The notes under the pieces are model-generated. The model worked only from the letters and a program-made list of their open reading frames with translations, did not search any database and was not told the DNA's origin. Positions 42,724-53,677 of a DNA stretch of 64,000 bases are shown piece by piece (the first letter of the stretch is position 1; each line of letters opens with the position of its first letter). Location: the NCBI GenBank assembly GCA_951406725.2, contig OX597834.1, forward strand, positions 31,744,001-31,808,000, read 5' to 3'. Source of the stretch: Octopus vulgaris (lineage: Eukaryota). The position numbers were made by a program, and so were the translations under genes.

Positions 42724-43018
42724 AATATTAATAAAACGAGAGATGGAATGTGTATTAGACTTTTGTTATGTACATGTTTCGACCATCATTCTGGGTCTCT
42801 ATGGGTACACCAACAAAATAGTCACACTAGAGATTTTTTGTGTCAGCTTCCTCACCAGTATATGTCCATCAAATTTGAGAATTTGATGGACATTTGGCTG
42901 CTATTTTAGCATTTTCAGTGACCATGTCGAGACTCCCTTGTTCATTTTGAGATCTTTTAACATGTCTTGTACTTAATAAAAGTCTGATACACATTCCATC
43001 TCCAATTTTGTTAATACT
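42724..43018. mobile_element. MITE-like element with ~45-bp imperfect TIRs
   Basis: GAGATGGAATGTGTATTAGACTTTTGTTATGTAC / GTACTTAATAAAAGTCTGATACACATTCCATCTC. Confidence 0.65.
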
Positions 43019-44015
43019 ATCTCCTGTCATTTATATATATATATCATCATCATCATTTAACGTCTGCTTTCCATGCTAGCATGGTTTGGACGGTTCAACT
43101 GGGGTCTGGGAAACCCGAAGGCTGCACCAGGCCCAGTCAGATCTGGCAGTGTTTCTACAGCTGGATGCCCTTCCTAACGCCAACCACTCCGTGAGTGTAG
43201 TGGGTGTTTTTTACTTGCCACTGACACAGGTGCCAGACGAGGCTGGCGAACGGCCACACTCAGATGGTGCTTTTTACGTGCCACCGGCACGGAGGCCAGG
43301 CAAGGCTGGCAACGTCCACAATTGGTTGGTGTTTGTTACGTGCCACAGGCACGGAGGCCAGGCGATGCGGTGCTGGCTATGGAGAATGGACGTTAAATGA
43401 TGATGATGATGATGATATATATATATATAAATGACAGGAGACCAAGACCTTTGGAGATATGTTGTGATTGAGAAGACCCAGCAACTAAAGTGAGATTGCA
43501 GCCACACATGTCCAGCCCAGTTAAGAGTAGCCCTGATGCGTCCTGTGATATGATATGCTTGAGAAGACCTGTTGAGTCAAGTAAAACCAATATCGTAGCT
43601 GTGACCAGTGGACCCTTAACAGGCTCCCATGCCAGTGGCATGTAAAAAGCACAATCCGAACATGGTCAATGCCAGGCCCACCCGAGTGGCTCCCGTACCA
43701 GTAGCATGTAAAAAGCATGGCCGATGCCAGTACCTCCTGACTGGTTCTCATGCCAGTGGCATGTAAGAAGAACTATTCGGACATGATCGATGCCAGGCCC
43801 ACCTGAATGGCTCCTGTGCTGGTGGCACGTAAAAAGTACCCACTGCACTCTCAGAATGGTTGGAGTTGGGAAGGGCATCCACCTGTAGAAACACTGCCAG
43901 ATCAGGATGGAACCTGGTGCAGCCGCTGGCTCTCCAGACCTCAGTCAAACCGTCCAACCCATGCCAGCATGGAAAACGGATGTTAAACAATGATGATGAT
44001 AGTAGATATATATAT

Positions 44016-44053
<38 letters not shown>

Positions 44054-44541
44054 CATATATATGAATGTATGAAATAGCTAGTGATGCTAGCTGACAAAGT
44101 CAAGTGTGATCAAGTGGAGCTGTCACAGCATCAAAGACTTTCTAAATGCAACCATCTCGGCTCACTTTCTCAATGAGTTTTATTATATTTTTTAAATTGC
44201 TTTTTGTTTTTTGTTTCAGTGGGATTTGAAGGGTTTGAAGAAGACGATCTAACTACTATTTCTAGCAGGTCAAAAAACTCCTCAAAATAGATAAGCATGG
44301 TATGATTTTATTCCATAACTCTAGATGTGATACGGTGAAAGGATATCAGAATAAACTAATGCAGTATGACTCATTCCATATCGTTAGATATAACATATCG
44401 AGTGAGAGATTATCATAGATTACAGATGTGGTATGATTATTTCGTATCCTGTGATGTAACAATATAAACAATGGGTAAGGTGGTATGGGGATGTGACATG
44501 ACTCATGTTTTCAGTTGTACATGGAATACAAACATATACAT

Positions 44542-44935
44542 AGGCACAGGAGTGGCTGTGTGGTAAGTAGCTTGCTTACCAACTACATGGTTCCGGGTTC
44601 ATTCCCACTGCGTGGCACCTTCGGTAAGTGTCTTCTACTATAGCCTCGGGCCGACCAAAGCCTTGTGAGTGGATTTGGTAGACGAAAACTGAAAGAAGCC
44701 CATCGTATATATGTATATATATGTGTGTGTGTGTTTATGTCTGTGTTTGTCCCCTCAACATCGCTTGACAACCGATGCTGGTGTGTTTACGTCTCCGTAA
44801 CTTAGCGGTTTGGCAAAACAGGCCGATAGAATAAGTACTAGGCTTACAAAGAATAAGTCCTGGGGTTGATTTGCTCGACTAAAAGGTGGTGCTCCAGCAT
44901 GGCCACAGTCAAATGACTGAAACAAGTAAAAGAGA
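44542..44935 (+). mobile_element. SINE family A
   Basis: Full head-to-tail homology to 50909-51271. Confidence 0.85.
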
Positions 44936-44997
44936 GATATGTGTGTGTGTCTGTGTATCTAAAGACATATCTATATATATATATTATATATATATAT

Positions 44998-45034
<37 letters not shown>

Positions 45035-47828
45035 CATACACACACACATGTATATAGGTGTGCAGGCATGGTTGTGTGGGAAGAAGATTGCTTCCCAACC
45101 ACATGGTTTAAGGTTCAGTCCCATTGCATGGCACCTTGTGCAAGTGTCTTCACCAAAGCTTTGTGAGTGGATTTGGTTGATGGATACTGAAAGAAGCCTG
45201 TTGCGAATGTGTGTGTGTGTGTGTCTATGTTTTTCCCCCCACCACTGCTTCAGAAAATTTGGCAGAATCATTAGCACACTGGCCGAAATACTTAATGGTA
45301 TTTTGTCTATCTTTATGTTCTGAGTTCAAATTCCATTGTGGTTGGCTTTGTCTTTTATCCTTTTGGAGTCAGTAAAATGAGCTTCCATCAAGTACTGGAG
45401 TCAATGTAATCAACTTAACCCCTCTCAGAAATTACTGGCTTTGTGCCAATATATGGAAAACCATTATATCATCATCATCATCATTTAACGTCCATATTCC
45501 ATGCTGGCATGAGTTGGATGGTTTGACAGGATCTGTTAGGTTCAAGGAAGGCATCTTGCTCCAGTGAAGGTTTTGGCATGGTTTCTATGGCTGGATGCCC
45601 ATCACAATGCCAACCACTTTATAGAGTGTATTGGGTGCTTTTGTTTCTCATGGCACCAGCACTAGTGAGGCTGCCAAGTAATTTGCAAGACCAGGAAAGA
45701 ACAAGTAAAGGAAAATGGAAAAGCCCTCTTGACAATGTGGTGGTGGTCATTTGAGAGGATGAAGATGTGGCTTTATGCCAGGCCAAAGTATGATAGAAGA
45801 TGTGGGTAGCTGGGAAAAAAATAAGATGGTAGTGATGGGATACAAACCCCCAAGGAGCAAGAGTGGGTATGGGTAGGGAATCAAGAGAAAGAAGGAGGGA
45901 TAGGGAGATACAAGTGTGTGAGGGGAGAATAACAGATTGTTAGAGATGGGGTAGGGATGAATGAATGAAGGATAAACAGGGTGGAGGTATGATGACATAA
46001 AAGTTTGTCATTCAACCCACAGCAACCCCTGGCACCCAGGTACACCCCACACCTTTCAAGTGAATGCTTGAGATGCAGTTGACATATATTTGCATATCGA
46101 GTTGCCAACGGAAGAAATTCTATTTTATTTCTATTTTCGTTCTCTTTTATAGTGAGCTTTCAGTGAATGGCAATTTGAAGAAGACCCAGTCATCAATAAT
46201 GAAGATGTATGAGATTCCTGAAGGACCTCATTGATCTCACTTCAGACAAAAGAAAAGAATTTTGCCACATCATCAATAAAAAGACACTAAATGATTTGGT
46301 GATAAAACACATTAAAAAAAAATGGCATTCCATTGGTTACAGAGATCCAATCAGCAGAACAGCCTGCTTGTGAACATAACATGCAAGTGGCTGAGTACTC
46401 CACAGACATGCATACTCTTAATGTAGTTCTCAGGGAGGTTCAGTGTGACACAGAATGTGACAAGGCTGGCCCCTTTTGAATTACAGGAGTCAATGTAATC
46501 TACTTGTAAACTACTTGTTTTTGCCAGCTGAGTGGACTGGAGCAATGTGAAAATAAAGGGTCTTGTTCAAGGACGCAGTGCTCTGCCAGGAATTGAACTC
46601 ATGACCCTACAGTCATGAGCCAAATATCCTAACCACTGAATCACGTGCTTTCAGAGAATGCAACATCGAAAGGAGACCAACATCTCAACAGACATGGCCA
46701 AAGTCAATGGAATTTTGCTGCTACACATAACGAAACACTCATTTTCTGCGATCTCATTAAGACACAATCACTTTGACCCATAATAAAAAATTAGACCATT
46801 TATTTAAAACATAGCTGCATCCACCTCAATCTCCATATCTATATTTCATAAACATCCTTCTCTGAGATGATGACCTTAGCAGACTTATTGAAGTTCACAC
46901 CTATCCGGGACCATCAGCAACATTATAGGATCCACCACCACAACCAACACCACCAGGCAAATTGATGCATTGGCTGTATGGTAGATGATGATGATGATGG
47001 TGATGGTGATGATGAAGAGGAAAAGGAGGAGGTACAAACACCTAGAGTGTTTATTTATTGACGGCAAGCTGCAGCATTCATAGAACAGAATTGGGTCCCC
47101 TAGGCCTGTGAGAACCCTGGGCAAACTATTGCACTGGTCCTTTTAGTATCTATTTAGTAACAGCAAGCCACAGCATACAAAGAGCAGAAATCAGTCCCTG
47201 GACCTGTGAGGCCCTTGGACAACTGCCAGCCTGACATTGTAACTATTCAAGGAGTTTGCTCTTTACCAAATTCACTCACAAGATATTGGACAACTCAGCT
47301 GCTGCACAATGGGATTGAACCTAGAACCATGTGATTATGAAGCAAGCTTCATAACCACACAGCCATTCCTGTATAAATGTTGAAGGATTTGTTTTTTGTT
47401 TTTGTTTTTTTTTTTTTCATGTAGGATCAGAGTGAATTTTGGTTTTTTAGTAGGAATTTTCTGAAAACAAGGCTGTGGATAAACGATGGCAGGGGTGGAG
47501 GACAGACAGGTGGACATTAAGACAAGTGACCAAAGAGAGAGGGAAAGAAAGGGATAGGCAGAGAAAAAGAAAGGGAAAAAGAGAGAGACAGACAGAAAGA
47601 CGGCTAGACTGGCAGACAGTCAGACAGACAAACTGATAGACAGAAAGACAGACAAAAAACTGTTAGACTAACATTACAGACAGACAGACAGAAAAAGACT
47701 GATAGACTAATATAGACAGTCAGACAAAAAGACCACTAGACTTGTAGACTTACATACAGACAAAAAGACCAATAGATTAACATAGACAGACAGACAGACA
47801 GACAAAAAGACTGCTAGCCTAACATATA

Positions 47829-48059
47829 TATTTCTTTATTGCCCACAGGGGGCTAAACATAGAGGGGACAAACAAGAAAAGACAAACGGATTAAGTCGGT
47901 TACATCGACCCCAGTGCATAACTGGTACTTAATTTATCGACCCCGAAAGGATGAAAGGCAAAGTCGACCTTGGCGGAATTTGAACTCAGAACGTAACGGC
48001 AGCCGAAATATCGCTAAGCATTTCGCCCGGCATGCTAACGCTTCTGCCAGCCCACCGCC
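47829..48059 (-). mobile_element. SINE family B
   Basis: Full-length homology to 29564-29798. Confidence 0.85.
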
Positions 48060-48427
48060 CTATGGTAGACTAACATATAGACAGGCTGATAGACAGACAG
48101 CTGAACGGATGGACGGAGGAGTTAGCACTGAAGAGCAGATGAATGTTGGGACAAATGTGGAGGGGAAAACTGCAAAGTGGTAAAGTACAAAGTAATAAAG
48201 CATAAGTATATAATTACATGTGTTAATTGCTAAGGGTAATTAATTTATCTTCTGTTCATTTGTATTCATGAGCTGGTGAATGAATAGTAGTTGTGAGAAT
48301 GTGTTTGTGTGTGTGTGTGTGTGTGTAAATGTGCATGTGTGTGAGAGTGCTATTTGGGTATATGTGAATGAACATCTATATACATACATATATATATAAA
48401 TTCATACACACACACATATATATATAT

Positions 48428-48815
48428 TCTTTTACTCTTTTACTTGTTTCAGTCATTTGACTGCGGCCATGCTGGAGCACCGCCTTTAATCGAGCAACTC
48501 GACCCCGGGACTTATTCTTTTGTAAGCCCAGTACTTATTCTATCGGTCACTTTTGCCGAACCGCTAAGTAACGGGGACGTAAACACACCAGCATCGGTTG
48601 TCAAGCAATGCTAGGGGACAAACACAGACACAAACACGCATATATATATATATACATATATACGACGGGCTTCTTTCAGTTTCCGTCTACCAAATCCACT
48701 CACAAGGCTTTGGTCGGCCCGAGGCTATAGTAGAAGACACTTGCCCAAGGTGCCATGCAGTGGGACTGAACCCGGAACCATGTGGTTGGTAGACAAGCTA
48801 CTTACCACACAGCCA
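48428..48815 (-). mobile_element. SINE family A, young full-length copy
   Basis: Near-identical to 30283-30686. Confidence 0.85.
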
Positions 48816-49550
48816 TTCACACATATATAGATTTATGTATATATATATGTGAGTGTGTAGACAGTTGAAAAGGAACACATGAGTTGATATGTATAAGGAA
48901 AATAAGACAAGGTAGAAAATGCTAAAATAATTTTATCATGAAGAATATTCTAGTACCAGTTTCAGTCTTTGCAACTTTTTCAACTTAGATTAAAGCATGA
49001 AAAACAATTAAATTGTGGAAAAATTAAATGAAATTTAAAAAAAAATATTTTGCATACTTTTCAAAACCGTCCAACCCATGCCAGCATGAAAAACGGATGC
49101 AAAACGATGATGATGTATATATATATATATTTAAAGAGAGAGAGAGAGATGTATGTATATATATGCCAGGCTTCTTTCAGTTTCCATCTCTTAAATCCAT
49201 CCACAAGGCATTGGTCAGCCTGAGGCTATAGTAAAAGATACTTGTCCAAGGTGCCATGTTATAGGATGTACGTAAGACTACATGATTGGGATGTAAGGTT
49301 TTTAACCTCATACATGCTTTACTTACAATTATTAAGCTAATTAAGCTCCTCGTTAACAAATTTCCCTACCACCACCATCACCACAAACCTTTTTTTACAA
49401 TATTTTGATCACAAAGAATAACAAATTTCCAACTGCAAAACTGCAAAGAAAAAAAACACGAAGAATCCAGGAAAAGCAAAAACAGAAGACAGCAGAGAGA
49501 GAAGACGAAAGAAGATAACAGGAATAATTCTTAAAGAAATATATATATTC

Positions 49551-49585
49551 TTTATTGAAATTTATAATGAAAACATTGTTTTATT
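49551..49585 (-). terminator. Candidate polyadenylation signals (two AATAAA) of the O-methyltransferase
   Basis: TTTATT on + strand at 49580-49585 and 49551-49556, about 45-75 nt past the stop codon. Confidence 0.55.
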
Positions 49586-49627
49586 TAAAATATGATGAAA
49601 AGCTGACACTTTGTGCTCAGACAGTCT

Positions 49628-49684
49628 TTAAATGTCTTCAACTCTGCGAACCAATGCGATACCATCTCGAACTGGCAGCAGCAC
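49628..49684 (-). CDS. O-methyltransferase last coding exon ([18 protein letters not shown])
   Basis: Not in the ORF track; read by hand. Acceptor CTTTCCAAACTTCAG|GTG; encodes the family C-terminal LPxRDG motif; TAA stop. Confidence 0.92.
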   Translation of the reverse strand: MLLPVRDGIALVRRVEDI

Positions 49685-50162
49685 CTGAAGTTTGGAAAGA
49701 AGACGAGAGTTTAGTATATTCTTACACAGGTTGTTTTAGCTTTGTTTCAGTCATTGGACTGTGGCCATGCTGGAGCACTGCCTCAAAGGGTTTCATCAAA
49801 TAACTCCACCTCAGTTTTTGTTTTCTTTTTTTTTAATTCTGGTAATTATTCTATCAGTCTTTTTTGATGAACTGCTAAGTTATGAGGGCATACACAAACA
49901 CAGACACACACACACGGATATACATGCTCTTTTACTCTTTTATTTGTTTCCATCCTTTGGCTGCGGTCATGCTGGAGCACTGCCTTTAGTCGAACAAATG
50001 AACCCCAGGACTTATTCTTTGTAATTCCTAGTACTTATTCTATCGGTCTCTTTTGCTGAACCGCTAAATTACGGGGACATAAACACACCAACATTGGTTG
50101 TCAAGCAATGCTAGAGGGACAAACACAGACACACAAACATATATATATATATGTATACACAT

Positions 50163-50197
<35 letters not shown>

Positions 50198-50487
50198 ACA
50201 CATATATATATATATATATATGTATACACATACATATATATATATATATACACATACATATATATATATATACACATACATATATATATATACATACATA
50301 TATATATACACATACATATATATATACACATACATATATATATATATATACACATACATATATATATACACATACATATATATATATATACACATACATA
50401 TATATATACACATATATATATATATATATACACATACATATATATACACATACATATATATATATATACACATATACATATATATAT

Positions 50488-50522
<35 letters not shown>

Positions 50523-50634
50523 CATACATACACACATACATATATATATATATACACATACATGTATATATATGACGGGCTTCTTTCAGTTTCCGTCTAC
50601 CAAATCCACTCACAAGGCTTTGGTCGACCCAAGG

Positions 50635-50673
<39 letters not shown>

Positions 50674-53642
50674 ATGAGCTTCTCTCAGTTTCTGTCTAGC
50701 AAGGTTTCACTTGCAAGGCTCTGTTAACACCCAGCCATGGTTGCAGTAAAGACCCATTGTGTGAGATGCTGTGTATTAGTCGAAAAATATCATGTGAAAT
50801 ATAACAAGAACGTCTGTATATATGAGTGGTGTTATGTCATCTGTTGAGTTGAATGAGGAAGTACAAGCATGTGTGTGTATGTATGTGAGTGTGTGTTTGC
50901 ATGCAAGAGGCGCAGGAGTGGCTGTGTGGTAAGTAGCTTGCTAACCAACCACATGATTCCGGATTCAGTCCCACTGCGTGGCACCTTGGGCAAGTGTCTT
51001 CTGCTATAGCCCCGGGCCGACCAATGCCTTGTGAGTGGATTTGGTAGACGGAAACTGAAAGAAGCCTGTCGTATATATGTATATGTGTGTGTGTTTGTCC
51101 CCCTAGCATTGCTTGATGCTGGTGTGTTTACGTCCCCGTCACTTAGTGGTTCGGCAAAAGAGACCGATAAAATAAGTACTAGGCTTACAAAGAATAAGTC
51201 CCGGGGTCGATTTGCTCGACTAAAGGCGGTGCTCCAGCATGGCCACAGTCAAATGACTGAAACAAGTAAAAGTGTTTGTCGATGTGTGTGTGGCACATCA
51301 TAACCATTTAGATATTTATATAAATGGCTTAATGAGGGGAGGAAGAACAATTACCATAAATCGCTCTTTACAAATAAATTAACACAACAACCAGTCATCA
51401 CTCGAGAATGCATATGACTTAGCAACATGAAGCATTCAGTCTCTAAATAATCCCATCCAGACACAGACACCTTTTCAAAGCTGCTCTCACCCTTGGCTTA
51501 GTACATGACATGACATGACACCCAGATTTAAGAAGAGAAAGGGTGGTACCAGTACTTGGCTGGTACACATTTACAGCCAAGTAGACTGAAGCAAATTGAA
51601 ATAAAGTGATGCCTTGCTCAAATGTTGCTAGATCAAAGGTAAAACACAGGGAAAGTAAGGGCACGTTCATAAATAAGTGTGGGAATGAAATTTGTTTAGC
51701 AGGTGCAAACCCAGTTTTTCAGGAGGATGTGAAAAGCATTTTCATTGTCCCCCACCACCACCCAAAAACAATTTGAGCAGGTGTGCCTGCACCCCTGTCC
51801 CCTTACACAGTTAAATAGTCTCCTAGAATAATTAGCAAAATCCACAGTACATGTCACCAGTTTGTACTCCCTACCTGATTGTACTTGTATGAAGTACAGT
51901 GAGATGATTTTCATATAAAGTGCATTAACCCTTTTGATACCAACCTGGCTGAAACCACCTCTGGCTCTGTAGTATAAATGTTTTGTTTTCATAAGTTTTG
52001 AATTAAAATCTTCCACCAAACCTTAGTCACAATTTATGTTCCTAACACTAGCTTAATGATAACTTACTAAATTCTTTGTTATATTCAAAATTAATTGAAA
52101 GAAACACAGAGCATCTCAAAATGAATAAAGTAACAAAAGAATTAATGACAGTTGCTTCCCATTGGACCCTATGGAAGAGAGCCTGAGGAATTCATCCCTA
52201 AGATATTCCAAGGAACAGGTGGTGGTTAGCATCAGAATTGTTAGCATTCTGGGCAAAATGCTTCATAGCATTTCATTCATCTTCACATTCTGAGTTCAAA
52301 TTCCACCAAGGTGCGCTTAGCCTTTCATTCTTTCACTGTCGATAAAATAAGATCCCATTGAGTGCAGGGGTCAATGTAATCAACTTACACCTTTCCCCGA
52401 AACCCAAGACCCTCCCAGAAACAGTGGGTGGAGAAGATGAAGGGAAAGATGGTATCCATACCTGTTCAACACGTGGGTCATCAATAATTGCTTTTTGAAC
52501 TCGTGCCATGACAGTATTTTCACAGCCTTTTTGAAGATAAGGTTCACCAAACCAGTAGATGTTATCAAAAGCAATGGTTCCTCGTGGGGCCAATATGTTA
52601 TTGTCCAACGCTGACTAAAATTTACAAAAATCAAAGACAAAAAGAAACACATAAGAAAATAAATAAAATAATCAACAAAGAATAATAATAAAAATTCTCA
52701 AACTGAATATATTAACCATCATCATCATCGTCATTATTTGAGTGGAACTGGTAAGCCAAAGAACTGCACCAAGCTCCAGTCTGATTTGGTTTCTACAGCT
52801 GGATGCTCTTCCAAATGCCAGCCACTCCACGGAGTGTACTTGGTGCCCTTTATGAGCCACTGGCATGGGTACCTTTAACATGTCACTGGCCACAACTAAG
52901 TTTGACATGTTTTCTCAAGCACAGAAAATCACCAACTGTCTCAGTCACTTTCCATTGCCTTTCCATGAGACTCAACAACCAAACATCATATTTCACCACC
53001 TCATCCCTTGTTTTCCTGGGTCTACCTCTTCCAAAATTTCCTTCCACAGTTAGAGATCAGCACTTCTTTACACAGCTGTCCCCGTCCATACACATCACAT
53101 GACCATACCAACACAGTCATCTCTCTTGCACACCACATCTTATGCCTAACTTTTCCCTGTCGAACATGCGCACTGACATTGTACATCCAGCGAAGCATAC
53201 TGGCTTCATTTCTTTCAAGTCTATTCATGTCCTCAGTGATTACAGCCCATGTTTCACTTCCATGTAGAGTGGGTGTTTGCACACAGGTATCATACAATCT
53301 GCCTTTCACTGAGAGAGAGGCTCTTTGTCACCAACAAAAAGTAGAAGCTCTCTGAACTATACCCAGCCCATTCTTATTCTCGCAGCTACACTCTCAGACC
53401 ATCCTCCTGATTTTATAATAATAATGAAATTTTTGTATACAGTGCTCAGGTGCACCTAGGTAACCTGTATATATGTCATTATGTCACCAAATCTATCATC
53501 ATCATCGATATCATACTACTACTACTACTACTTTCCTCACTATATGCAACAAATATATAGACAAGCAAACAGACAGACGCAGGTAAACAGACAATAGAGA
53601 CACATGGACAGACAGATTTAAGTATTATGCATATATATATAC

Positions 53643-53677
<35 letters not shown>

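Noticed and set aside
43620-43840. GGCA(C/T)GTAAAAAG repeats with intervening segments as a CRISPR-like repeat/spacer array
   Set aside because: The intervening segments are homologous to each other and lie within a SINE family.
47126-47142. miR-92-like seed TATTGCACTGGTCC
   Set aside because: No complementary arm for a precursor hairpin, and the 3' half diverges from miR-92.
50909-50985. tRNA genes
   Set aside because: A/B boxes belong to SINE heads that continue into SINE bodies; no complete cloverleaf is supported.
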